From a virus (lineage: Duplodnaviria > Heunggongvirae > Uroviricota > Caudoviricetes): 43,064 nt of DNA. Shown here piece after piece: positions 1 to 9,464 of this stretch; position 1 is the stretch's first letter, and every line of letters begins with the position of its first letter. The position numbers were made by a program, and so were the translations under genes. The stretch lies in the IMG/VR virus record IMGVR_UViG_3300031707_004017; one strand, 5' to 3'. The notes under the pieces were generated by a model that did no database searches, had not been told where the DNA came from, and was given only the letters and a program-made list of their open reading frames with translations.

Positions 1-1270
1 CCTGTATTCCTGTTATTCCATTAACACCAGCAATGCCCGTTATTCCCTGAATTCCTGTAATTGCTTGCCAACCTGTTATTCCCTGTATACCCGTAACACC
101 CTGAATTCCTGTAATTCCATCAACACCAGCAATGCCCGTTATTCCCTGAATTCCTGTAATTGCTTGCCAACCTGTTATTCCCTGTATACCCGTAACACCC
201 TGAATTCCTGTAATTCCATCAACACCTGTTATTCCCTGAATTCCTGTAATTCCATCAACACCTGTTATTCCCTGAATTCCTGTTATTCCTTGTACACCTT
301 GCGAACCTGTTATAGCCTGCTGACCTGTTATTCCCTGAATTCCCTGTGAACCTGTTATAGCCTGCTGACCTGTTATTCCCTGAATTCCTGTTATTCCCTG
401 AATTCCCTGTGAACCTGTTATAGCCTGCTGACCTGTTATTCCCTGAATTCCTGTTATTCCCTGAATTCCCTGTGAACCTGTTATTCCCTGAATTCCTGTT
501 ATTCCCTGAATTCCTGTTATTCCCTGCGCACCTGGTGTACCCGTAACTAACAACATGATAAAACCTTGTGCGCCTGTAATTCCTGCAAAACCTGTTATCC
601 CTTGTACACCTTGAAATCCAAATCCAGTAATACCTTGAACACCAGTTAGTCCTGCCAAACCTGTAATACCACTAGCTCCTGTTAATCCTGAAAAACCCGG
701 TATGCCAGTAGCACCTTGCAAACCTGTTGCACCGATTCCTGTAACACCTTGCAAACCCGTCACACCAATTCCTTGAATACCGGTCACACCTTGTATACCT
801 GTTATTCCTGAAAAACCCGTTATACACAAGTCATCAGTAATCGATCTAATATCAGTATTATAAGTCGCTTCAACTATACCGCCCGGCAAATTAGCATAAA
901 CCTCAACAGACGATGGCAATGAAAATTTATGATTAATCGTAAATTCAGTGACAACAGCATAAGAACCACTTAACGGAGCATCAATTTCTGAACCATCTTC
1001 ATCCCAAAGTATTGTTGCAGAAAGATGAATACCGTCAGCACTCTGTATTGACGTTATTTTATAACGGTGTGCTACGCCCGGAACAGGCGAAGATGTATTG
1101 ATATCCATTGCTGGTACTATGACTAAAAAACCAGTTGTGATATCTAATGATCCATTTCCTGTTGCATCTGCCTGGTTGTCGAACACAGCATTAACAAACG
1201 TGTACTCACCTGGATTTACAGTTGGTACATAGGCAGTGACGTAAAGAGTGCCGTTTATTATCCTATTCAT
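1..1270 (-). CDS. Collagen-like (Gly-X-Y) protein 2, runs off the window start; ~150-aa N-terminal non-collagen domain followed by G-I-T/G-I-Q repeats
   Basis: Not in the ORF track; translated by hand. ATG at 1270 (MNRIINGTLYVTAYVPTVNPGEYTF...), preceded by AGGA and just after the stop of the upstream collagen gene. Frame stays open to position 2 (…GITGIQGITGWQAITGIQGITGIAGVNGITGIQ). Confidence 0.85.
   Translation of the reverse strand, partial: MNRIINGTLYVTAYVPTVNPGEYTFVNAVFDNQADATGNGSLDITTGFLVIVPAMDINTSSPVPGVAHRYKITSIQSADGIHLSATILWDEDGSEIDAPLSGSYAVVTEFTINHKFSLPSSVEVYANLPGGIVEATYNTDIRSITDDLCITGFSGITGIQGVTGIQGIGVTGLQGVTGIGATGLQGATGIPGFSGLTGASGITGLAGLTGVQGITGFGFQGVQGITGFAGITGAQGFIMLLVTGTPGAQGITGIQGITGIQGITGSQGIQGITGIQGITGQQAITGSQGIQGITGIQGITGQQAITGSQGIQGITGQQAITGSQGVQGITGIQGITGVDGITGIQGITGVDGITGIQGVTGIQGITGWQAITGIQGITGIAGVDGITGIQGVTGIQGITGWQAITGIQGITGIAGVNGITGIQ
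23..226. repeat. Exact 99-bp tandem duplication inside collagen-like gene 2
   Basis: Unit starting aacaccagcaatgcccgtt at 23 recurs identically at 122; further near-identical in-frame units (cctgttatagcctgctgacctgttattccctgaattcc) to ~530. Confidence 0.85.
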
Positions 1271-1279
1271 TACATATCC

Positions 1280-4200
1280 TTAAAAGTGTAATATAATTAT
1301 TCTCGATAATGTTCCGAGATTTCCAATTTGGAATGTCGAATATGAACCACTTATATTTGTAGCGATTGTGGCTGATGTAGCTGATAAATTATCAGCATCA
1401 GACCTCACATTATAATCTGGTATAAAACAATCAGCTAAACTCGTATTTGCACCTGCACCATTAATTGCATTTGCAGGTACTACTACATCATACGTCGTGC
1501 TCGATCTACTACCCGTACGTATACGCAATGTCAATAATTGCACATTCGCAAGTAATCCTGTAGGAGCATATAATGTACCACCAGTTTTAGGAGCTCCTAT
1601 GTGCGCATAGGTAAAGCCAAGACTATATTGACCGTTTGACCCTAAAAAAGCACCAGTATCAGATACAGTGACAGTAAATGAATCTAAAGCGGTCGTAGCT
1701 ATAGTAACTACTTGATAATCTACATTTGTATTACGAATTATTACTAAATTGCCTGCAGTATGACCGTGAGCAGTACGATTAATTGTTAACGTTGTCGTTG
1801 ATCGACTCCAACTAACAATAAAATTTGTAGAGCTCGATACTGTCAAAACTTCTTCACCAGATGTCGAAACAACAGCATATCTACTAATAACTGAACCTAT
1901 GCTATCGCCACCACCTGCACCCGATATGCCTGTTAATCCTTGAATGCCCGTAACACCTTGCATGCTTATGCCAGTAATGCCTTGAAGACCTGTAAAACCA
2001 ATGCCATTAATGCCTGTTATACCTTGATTACCTGTTATACCTTGATTGCCCGTCACACCTTGAATACCTTGTATACCAGTATCACCTTGAACACCCGTTA
2101 ATCCACGAAAACCTGTCACACCTTGAATACCTTGTACACCAGTATCACCTTGAACACCTGTTAATCCACGAAAACCTGTCACACCTTGAAGTCCACCCGC
2201 AGGACCCGTAGCACCTTGGGGTCCCGGAATGCCAAAACCAGTCGGTCCTTGAGAACCTACAGCGCCTTCAATTCCCGTCGGCCCTTGCAATCCTGTTGCA
2301 CCTTGTGGCCCACCAAATGGACCCGTCACACCTTCAATACCTGTTATACCTTGCAATCCCGTATATCCTATACCTTGGATACCTGTTAAACCCTGCATTC
2401 CAGTGTCACCCTTTATACCAGTGACACCTTGGCTACCAAAACCCGTCACGCCCTGAATTCCTGTTAATCCACTAACACCTGTAGCACCTTGTATACCAGT
2501 TAAGCCTTGATTACCCGCAGGTCCCATTATACCATCGTTACCTGTCACACCTTGAATTCCAGTATCACCTGCAAGACTTAACCCCGTCAAACCTTGAATT
2601 CCCGTAAGACCTTGAATGCCAATAACACCAGTCATTCCTACAATACCTTGCAAGCCAGTCACTCCAAATCCTGTTACACCTTGTATACCGGTTTCACCGT
2701 TTATACCAGAAATTCCAGTTATTCCTTGTAATCCTGTAATACTTAATCCAGTAATACCTTGTAATCCTGTCGTGCCTTGATTTCCTATTGTTCCAGTAAC
2801 GCCTTGTATACCAGTTTCACCTTGTAATCCATTAATTCCAGTAATGCCCTGTAAACCTGTTAATCCTTGTAACCCAGTTTCACCTTGCAAACCTGCGATA
2901 CCCGTTATACCTTGTAAACCTGTTAACCCTTGTAATCCAGTTTGACCTTGCAAACCAGTAGCACCTTGAAATCCATTAGCACCTGTCGTGCCTTGTATGC
3001 CAGTATCACCTTGGGGTGCGCCTGCTGGTCCTGTGACACCTTGAATGCCTGTATCGCCTTGTGGTCCGCCAAATGCCCCCGTCGAACCTATAATACCTGT
3101 TAATCCCTGGATTCCAGTCTCACCTTGAATTCCTGTTATACCTAAACCAGTGTCACCTTGAATACCAGTAAGACCTTGCAAACCTGTAAAACCTTCACCT
3201 GTTAATCCTTGTACGCCAGTTGTGCCTTGTCCTCCTGTTAAACCTTGTATTCCCGTTTCGCCTTGAATTCCAGTAATACCTTGAATGCCTTGCAATCCCG
3301 TTATACCTGAAACACCTATCCCTGTTTGTCCTTGTATACCTGTTTCACCCTGAGCTCCCGTTAAACCTTGAATGCCTTGCGATCCCGTTATACCTATCTC
3401 ACCTGTTTGTCCCTGTATACCCGTTTCACCTTGAATTCCCGTTAATCCTTGAGCTCCTTGTAATCCTGTTGTACCTACAGCACCTGTTTGACCTAGCACA
3501 CCGGTTTCGCCTTGTGCACCAGTCGATCCTTGAACTCCAGTAAGACCTCGTAGACCTGTAAGACCAAGAGGTCCCGGCAAACCAAAACCAGTATGACCTT
3601 GAACGCCCGTCGTGCCTTGTAATCCTTGGATTCCGGTCTCACCTTGAATTCCTGTAATACCTTGATCGCCAGTAATGCCTTGAACACCGGTCGTTCCCCG
3701 CAAACCGGCACCTGTTAATCCCTGAATTCCAGTCTCACCTTGAATTCCTGTAACACCTTGTATCCCTGTGTCACCTTGCAAACCAGTAACACCATATCCT
3801 TGAACTCCAGTTACTCCTTGTGATCCTGTTAATCCCCGAAGTCCTGTAAGCCCTAAACCTTGAGGTCCAGTAAATCCTTGTCTACCAGTTAGACCTTGCA
3901 ATCCCGTGAATCCTAGTCCCGTCACACCAGTAATACCTGTAATTCCCATAGCACCAGTTTGACCCTGAGCACCCGTTAAACCTTGATAACCCGTCACACC
4001 TTGTGAACCAGTAAGTCCTCTTAAACCAGTTGCTCCTAAAGCACCTGTATGACCTTGTACTCCTGTCAAACCCTGAGAGCCAACTGCGCCTTGTAATCCA
4101 GTTATGCCTATTGCTCCTGTATCACCTTGTGAGCCAGTCTCGCCTTGCAAGCCAGTTAAACCTTGGAGACCTGTTATACCAATATCACCTTGAATACCTG

Positions 4201-6052
4201 TTAAACCTTGTATTCCAGTATTGCCTTGTATGCCTTGCAAACCAGTAAATCCTTGCACACCCGTGTTACCTTGAATTCCTGTAACGCCTTGATCACCAGT
4301 TTCTCCTTGTACACCGTCAAGTCCTGTCATACCTTGTACGCCAGTAAATCCTTGGTTGCCAGTGATACCTTGTAAACCTTGAATACCTTGAATTCCAGTA
4401 ATACCTTGCAAACCAATAATACCTGTCGTTCCTTGTATTCCTGTAACACCTTGAATTCCCGTAACACCTTGAATTCCCGTAACGCCTTGAATTCCCGTAA
4501 TACCTTGCAATCCCGTAATGCCTTTGATGCCTTGAACACCCGTCAAACCTTGAATTCCAGTATCGCCTTGTACACCTTGCACACCAGTAAATCCTTGTAT
4601 ACCTCGTACTCCTGTATATCCTCGTTGTCCGTCTAAACCAGTAATACCAACACCTGTAGAACCTTGTAATCCAGAAATACCTTGTATACCAGAAATACCT
4701 TGTATACCAGTAGAACCAACATATCCTCTTGGTCCTGTCTGTCCTATTGCGCCCGTATCACCCTGCATTCCTACATCGCCCTGTATACCTGTTACGCCTT
4801 GTATCCCTCTCAAACCAGTGAGACCTTGTAAACCTGTAATACCTTGATTACCAGTCAGACCTTGAGCGCCTGTAAAGCCTTGTAATCCAATTAAACCAGT
4901 GACACCTTGTATACCAACACCAGTGCGCCCTTGTAAACCAGTTAAACCTTGGTCGCCTGTGATACCTTGAAAACCAGTTATGCCACGAAGACCTGTAGTA
5001 CCTTGTAAACCGTTACTTCCAGCGATACCTGTTTCGCCTTGCAAGCCGACACCTTGCAATCCTGTAAATCCTCTTAATCCAATATTACCTTGCTGTCCTT
5101 GAACACCAGTTTCACCTTGTGAACCTTGTAAACCAGTCACGCCTTGCACACCAATCAAGCCTCTTAATCCTGTAACGCCCTGTGATCCTGTACGTCCTTG
5201 TAAACCTTGCAATCCAGTATCACCCTGTAAACCTGACGCTCCAGTCGTACCTCTAGCACCTGTATCGCCTCTAAATCCCGTCACGCCTTGTAAACCCGTA
5301 CTTCCTAGACCTTGCAATCCTGTAACACCTCGCACACCAATTGTGCCATCAATTCCTGTAATGCCTTGTATACCTTGTAATCCAGTGTCGCCTTGAAATC
5401 CAATCATTCCTGGTAAGCCCGTTGCTCCTCGCAATCCCGTAGAACCTAATGGTCCTTGTATGCCTGTAGTGCCTTGTACTCCTGTCTCACCTTGTTCGCC
5501 CGTCAGTCCTTGTCCACCTGTTAATCCCATTATACCTTGTGAACCACGTACGCCGGTGACGCCTTGTGAACCAGTCTGTCCTTGTAATCCAGAAACACCT
5601 TGATCACCTTTTGAACCCGTAAGACCTCTAAGTCCTTGAATACCACTAGCACCTTGTGTGCCCGTCGGGCCTCTCGTACCAGTTAAACCTTGTATGCCAG
5701 TAGAACCGACATAACCTCTAGGTCCCGTGTAGCCTTGATTGCCCGTTATACCTTGAATGCCTAGTGTACCTGTTAATCCTTGAATGCCCGTAATGCCTTG
5801 AGATCCTCGAAAGCCCGATGTTCCTTGTAAACCAGTTGGTCCTTGTAAACCTGTAAAGCCTTGAAGACCCGTCTCACCTCTATATCCAGTAATGCCTTGC
5901 GATCCTTGAATACCGGTAGCACCTTGAATGCCTCGTAATCCAGTAACACCTTGAACGCCAGTGATTCCTTGCAAGCCTGTTTCACCCTGGACACCCGTCA
6001 AACCTTGTGATCCAGTAATGCCAGTCTGTATGCCAATATCTCCAGTGGGCAT
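1280..6052 (-). CDS. Giant collagen-like protein (1590 aa): ~1380 aa of Gly-X-Y repeats plus ~200-aa C-terminal globular domain; putative virion fibre
   Basis: Gly every third residue from the N-terminus to ~1915 with short interruptions; alternating G-X-Q/G-X-T triplets; Thr/Ser/Gly-rich beta-like C-terminal domain. Confidence 0.9.
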   Translation of the reverse strand: MPTGDIGIQTGITGSQGLTGVQGETGLQGITGVQGVTGLRGIQGATGIQGSQGITGYRGETGLQGFTGLQGPTGLQGTSGFRGSQGITGIQGLTGTLGIQGITGNQGYTGPRGYVGSTGIQGLTGTRGPTGTQGASGIQGLRGLTGSKGDQGVSGLQGQTGSQGVTGVRGSQGIMGLTGGQGLTGEQGETGVQGTTGIQGPLGSTGLRGATGLPGMIGFQGDTGLQGIQGITGIDGTIGVRGVTGLQGLGSTGLQGVTGFRGDTGARGTTGASGLQGDTGLQGLQGRTGSQGVTGLRGLIGVQGVTGLQGSQGETGVQGQQGNIGLRGFTGLQGVGLQGETGIAGSNGLQGTTGLRGITGFQGITGDQGLTGLQGRTGVGIQGVTGLIGLQGFTGAQGLTGNQGITGLQGLTGLRGIQGVTGIQGDVGMQGDTGAIGQTGPRGYVGSTGIQGISGIQGISGLQGSTGVGITGLDGQRGYTGVRGIQGFTGVQGVQGDTGIQGLTGVQGIKGITGLQGITGIQGVTGIQGVTGIQGVTGIQGTTGIIGLQGITGIQGIQGLQGITGNQGFTGVQGMTGLDGVQGETGDQGVTGIQGNTGVQGFTGLQGIQGNTGIQGLTGIQGDIGITGLQGLTGLQGETGSQGDTGAIGITGLQGAVGSQGLTGVQGHTGALGATGLRGLTGSQGVTGYQGLTGAQGQTGAMGITGITGVTGLGFTGLQGLTGRQGFTGPQGLGLTGLRGLTGSQGVTGVQGYGVTGLQGDTGIQGVTGIQGETGIQGLTGAGLRGTTGVQGITGDQGITGIQGETGIQGLQGTTGVQGHTGFGLPGPLGLTGLRGLTGVQGSTGAQGETGVLGQTGAVGTTGLQGAQGLTGIQGETGIQGQTGEIGITGSQGIQGLTGAQGETGIQGQTGIGVSGITGLQGIQGITGIQGETGIQGLTGGQGTTGVQGLTGEGFTGLQGLTGIQGDTGLGITGIQGETGIQGLTGIIGSTGAFGGPQGDTGIQGVTGPAGAPQGDTGIQGTTGANGFQGATGLQGQTGLQGLTGLQGITGIAGLQGETGLQGLTGLQGITGINGLQGETGIQGVTGTIGNQGTTGLQGITGLSITGLQGITGISGINGETGIQGVTGFGVTGLQGIVGMTGVIGIQGLTGIQGLTGLSLAGDTGIQGVTGNDGIMGPAGNQGLTGIQGATGVSGLTGIQGVTGFGSQGVTGIKGDTGMQGLTGIQGIGYTGLQGITGIEGVTGPFGGPQGATGLQGPTGIEGAVGSQGPTGFGIPGPQGATGPAGGLQGVTGFRGLTGVQGDTGVQGIQGVTGFRGLTGVQGDTGIQGIQGVTGNQGITGNQGITGINGIGFTGLQGITGISMQGVTGIQGLTGISGAGGGDSIGSVISRYAVVSTSGEEVLTVSSSTNFIVSWSRSTTTLTINRTAHGHTAGNLVIIRNTNVDYQVVTIATTALDSFTVTVSDTGAFLGSNGQYSLGFTYAHIGAPKTGGTLYAPTGLLANVQLLTLRIRTGSRSSTTYDVVVPANAINGAGANTSLADCFIPDYNVRSDADNLSATSATIATNISGSYSTFQIGNLGTLSRIIILHF
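2052..2190. repeat. 63-bp tandem duplication (about 2.2 copies) within the collagen gene
   Basis: gtcacaccttgaa at 2052, 2115 and 2178; encodes (GVTGFRGLTGVQGDTGxQGIQ)x2. Confidence 0.8.
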
Positions 6053-6244
6053 CTAGCTCTCATCCTTTTTATATTGTTTAGAACACACAAAACTATAACT
6101 TAGTTCAGCCTTTAAATTATTAGCTTTATAAAGCAATTTTCATATTCTAAGACTTCATGCAACATTAGCGCATGAAGCGTGCATGGTGCTAAAAATTAAA
6201 AAAATAGAATTGCGTGATAAAAATAAGCAGATAGTAGAGCGAGA

Positions 6245-6979
6245 TTATTTTGGAGAAAATAGATGAATGTTTTTCTTATACCATTTTATTGTTAGTTCTA
6301 GTCCCATATCAAAATCTGTTTTATGTTTCCATCCTAAGCCACTAACTTTTTTAACGTCCATCTTTTCAGCAATTTGTGATTCATTATCGTCATACTCAAT
6401 AAATGATAATGGTAACTGGAATATTTTTAATATCATTTTTGCAACATCAACTTCTTTTATGACGAACTGACTACAAACATTATATACATCATTATTTCCA
6501 AAATATGTAATTCGATAAATTGCATCGCAAAAATCTTTTACAAACAACATATCATTATACGCAAATTCATTACTAACAATAATCGGTTCTTCATTAATTA
6601 CATTAACTATCGCATGTGGTAAAAATTTATCGATGCCTTGATGGGGTCCGTAACAAAATGATGGTCTAATTATAGTATGAGCTTTATATAATTCATCTTG
6701 CGTCACTTGTATAAATCTATCAATTGTATAACGTTCACAGCAATTATTCACCAATAATGATTCTTTAAAACTTATCACGTAATTAAATTTGTATAGCTTA
6801 AAAATACGATCAAAATCATCTTGATTATTACAATTCTCACAAACAATGGCATCATTATTATAAAAAACATTATCGACGACAAATATCCTGTCATTTATTT
6901 TTTTATCGAATAAAAAATCTATAAAATGTAAACTGACAAAGCCGCCATCACCAATTATTAATACTGAATTCTGGAACAT
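6245..6979 (-). CDS. NAD-dependent epimerase/dehydratase-like (RfbB/RmlB-like), degenerate and internally shortened
   Basis: N-terminal IIGDGGFVS (cf. TGGAGFIG), VVDN, RFIQVTQDELY (cf. RFHHISTDEVY), YGPHQGIDKFLP, LGWKHKTDFDMGLELTIKWY; no YxxxK motif seen. Confidence 0.7.
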   Translation of the reverse strand: MFQNSVLIIGDGGFVSLHFIDFLFDKKINDRIFVVDNVFYNNDAIVCENCNNQDDFDRIFKLYKFNYVISFKESLLVNNCCERYTIDRFIQVTQDELYKAHTIIRPSFCYGPHQGIDKFLPHAIVNVINEEPIIVSNEFAYNDMLFVKDFCDAIYRITYFGNNDVYNVCSQFVIKEVDVAKMILKIFQLPLSFIEYDDNESQIAEKMDVKKVSGLGWKHKTDFDMGLELTIKWYKKNIHLFSPK

Positions 6980-7140
6980 TACTTTTTCTTTAGCGTCTTA
7001 CATTTGCCGACAACTTCATTGCCCTGACCGACTCTAATCTCGCCGTTCATAATCTTTGCAGTCTGTTGCATTCTTATCTTGGCATCTCTCTTTCTGTCAT
7101 TTAAGCTCAACTGATATTCGATTTCAGCTTGGTTACTCAT
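6979..7140 (-). CDS. Small basic hypothetical protein (53 aa)
   Basis: Hand-translated [53 protein letters not shown]; ATGA overlap with the dnaJ stop and TAATG overlap with the next start, typical of translational coupling. Confidence 0.7.
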   Translation of the reverse strand: MSNQAEIEYQLSLNDRKRDAKIRMQQTAKIMNGEIRVGQGNEVVGKCKTLKKK

Positions 7141-8183
7141 AGACCCTCATCTTTCAATTTGTTAAACAATTCTAATTGTTTGTCAGTTAAATTATTTGGT
7201 ATATCGATTATAAACCTAACGATTTGATCGCCGATAACAGCTTTATTATCAAAGACGGGCAATCCATAGCCATCAATTGCATATGTATCACCGTGTCTTG
7301 TTCCAGATTTAACAATAATTTTTTTGTCATCGTGCAATGTTTTAATTGTCAATTCACAACCTAAAACTGCTTGCGTAATTGATAGATTCGCATCACATAA
7401 GACGTCTTGATCGCATCTAGTTAAATATTCATGTTGTTTTATTTTAAATCTAATAATCAAATTACCCGCTACTCCGTTATGTTCTCCGTGATGACCATAT
7501 TGTCTCATGACGACTTCATTGTGATCAGTGATGCCACAAACAATGTTCACAGGCAGTATTGTGTCTTGCAAAATCCTGCCTGTACCCGAACAATCTTTAC
7601 AATTAAATTTTATATCAAATCCACGACCACAGCATTTATCACAAATTGATATATTGTTAATGATCATATTTCCGACTCTATTAGTAGAATTAATCCTACC
7701 TGCTCCACTGCATTTACTGCATATTTCTTTTTTAGCATCTAACGCTCCTTGGCCTGAGCACATATTGCATTTTTCGTACCGTCTATATTTAATCGTCTTT
7801 GTTATACCTGTCAATACTTCGTGCAACATTAATTCCAAGGTCACGATAATGTCTTGTCCCTTTTGACCTCTATAATCAGATCCGGACGTATGTCTAACAT
7901 TTGATGATGTAAATGTATAACCAAAAGCGTTTGCAAAATCCGTGAATGGATTGAATTCTGCAAATGGACTAAAATTATCATATTGTGACCGTTTTTTTGA
8001 ATCTCTTAGTACTTCATAAGCTTCTGTGGCTTCTCTAAACTTATCAGCAGCTGTTTTACTACCAGCATTTTTATCCGGATGATATTGTACAGCTAATTTA
8101 CGATAAGCACTTTTAATATCCTCTTCAGATGCATTCTTATTAACACCTAGCACTTCATAATAATCACGTCTTTGTCTAGCCAT
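7137..8183 (-). CDS. dnaJ: DnaJ (Hsp40) co-chaperone, type I
   Basis: J-domain DYYEVLGV...YHPDKN, four CxxCxGxG motifs ([32 protein letters not shown]), C-terminal substrate-binding domain. Confidence 0.95.
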   Translation of the reverse strand: MARQRRDYYEVLGVNKNASEEDIKSAYRKLAVQYHPDKNAGSKTAADKFREATEAYEVLRDSKKRSQYDNFSPFAEFNPFTDFANAFGYTFTSSNVRHTSGSDYRGQKGQDIIVTLELMLHEVLTGITKTIKYRRYEKCNMCSGQGALDAKKEICSKCSGAGRINSTNRVGNMIINNISICDKCCGRGFDIKFNCKDCSGTGRILQDTILPVNIVCGITDHNEVVMRQYGHHGEHNGVAGNLIIRFKIKQHEYLTRCDQDVLCDANLSITQAVLGCELTIKTLHDDKKIIVKSGTRHGDTYAIDGYGLPVFDNKAVIGDQIVRFIIDIPNNLTDKQLELFNKLKDEGL

Positions 8184-8205
8184 TCATCGTCCTTTTTTTC
8201 GACAT

Positions 8206-8238
8206 AAAAAAACCGTACAGATTATCCTATACGGTTTT
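8206..8238 (-). terminator. Rho-independent terminator
   Basis: Minus strand AAAACCGTA-taggataatctg-TACGGTTTT running into a U-tract, just after the 8267-8800 gene. Confidence 0.7.
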
Positions 8239-8266
8239 AATTTTTAAATTTCAAATCTTATCTAAA

Positions 8267-8800
8267 TTAAATATCACCCGTTATATGACACATTGTTTTC
8301 AGCGATCTAACTGCGTCTGTATACGATGAAGCGTTAACAACACATTTTTTATCTAAAATACTATTAAAGTATCCTAATTTTAATTCAAGGGCTGATAAAC
8401 CTGAAAGTGTAGCATCAAATACAAATACCGTCTTTGAATCTCTATGTTGAATCGTTTCGACTGCGCATTTTTTAGTCTTTAAATAAGCAGCAAAATATAA
8501 ATCTGGTGTCACGATCTTATCGCTATCTTCAATGTGACATAGCGTCTTCAATGATCTAATAGCATCTGCAAAATTTATAGCACAAACTGCATATTTCAAA
8601 TCATCGTCATTATTAAAATAACCATGTTTCAAATCAGTTATAGATAATTTGGAATCAGTGATATCGAATGAAAACGTTGTCTTCGTACCTTCACGTTGTA
8701 TATTGATAATTTGACAATTCTTAGCCTTTAGATATGCAGCAAAATACAAGTCTGGAGTAATTATTGTAGCATTTTTATCCGGCATGTAGTTCATCTCCAT
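8267..8800 (-). CDS. Protein with two tandem copies of a ~85-aa domain (DUF5659-like, tentative)
   Basis: TPDLYFAAYLKAK...ADAIRSLKTLCHI repeated as TPDLYFAAYLKTK...TDAVRSLKTMCHI. Family name is from memory of the T.DLY.AAYL motif. Confidence 0.6.
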   Translation of the reverse strand: MEMNYMPDKNATIITPDLYFAAYLKAKNCQIINIQREGTKTTFSFDITDSKLSITDLKHGYFNNDDDLKYAVCAINFADAIRSLKTLCHIEDSDKIVTPDLYFAAYLKTKKCAVETIQHRDSKTVFVFDATLSGLSALELKLGYFNSILDKKCVVNASSYTDAVRSLKTMCHITGDI

Positions 8801-8818
8801 CTTAAATATATTAATTTG

Positions 8819-9376
8819 TTACTTATCTTTTAATTCAGCTATTTTTTCACTTACAGTATCTATAAATGCGTCTAACTTAATATCTATTTGTTCAATATCA
8901 TTCTTAATTTTAGCTATTAATATTGCTGCATCTGATCTCGTCTTTTTAACTGCTGACTCAATCTGTGTCAAATCGACTTCAGATTCATTTTCAACTTGAT
9001 ATTTTATATCAAGCACTGCTTTCGAAAGTTTAATATTATTTTCTGCAAGTTTTTCAACAAGACTTTTACTAGCTTTTTCTTCAACTTCATTAATTATAGT
9101 AGCTATAGAAGAACAGCAAGAATTTATAGTCTGTTTACATTCAGCCACTGTCGCTTTTAACAATTTAAACTCGTCATCTGAATAAATGCCATCAATCAAA
9201 CTATTCACTTTGTGAATAAAATCAATTTCAAACGCGCTAATATGTTGTTCTATCTTACTATCAAGTTCTAATCGTAATAACTTAATCTCAATTTCAAAAT
9301 CTATCTTATTAGAATTGCCCATCTTAAACATTAACAATGATAATATTTTTTTTAATATCATTTTAATCATCAACAT
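8819..9376 (-). CDS. Hypothetical coiled-coil protein
   Basis: 185-aa ORF, helical heptad-like K/E/I/L composition, AGGAG SD upstream. Confidence 0.6.
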   Translation of the reverse strand: MLMIKMILKKILSLLMFKMGNSNKIDFEIEIKLLRLELDSKIEQHISAFEIDFIHKVNSLIDGIYSDDEFKLLKATVAECKQTINSCCSSIATIINEVEEKASKSLVEKLAENNIKLSKAVLDIKYQVENESEVDLTQIESAVKKTRSDAAILIAKIKNDIEQIDIKLDAFIDTVSEKIAELKDK

Positions 9377-9410
9377 ATTCTATCTCTCCTTAATTTGTTT
9401 AAATCGATCA

Positions 9411-9440
9411 AAAAAGAGAGCTCCTTTTAAGAGCTCTCTT
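9411..9440 (-). terminator. Rho-independent terminator
   Basis: Perfect 10-bp stem AAGAGAGCTC/GAGCTCTCTT, 7-nt loop, then a U-run on the minus strand. Confidence 0.8.
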
Positions 9441-9464
9441 CCACCCTTATCATTAACCCGATAC

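Noticed and set aside
1-6052. Dense short repeats resembling a CRISPR or satellite array; plus-strand and alternate-frame ORFs (65-349, 2186-2389, 4030-4248, 4379-4636 etc.)
   Set aside because: Periodicity is 9/18 bp from Gly-X-Y codons in open minus-strand frames, with no constant repeat/unique spacer structure. The other ORFs are shadows of the collagen repeats.
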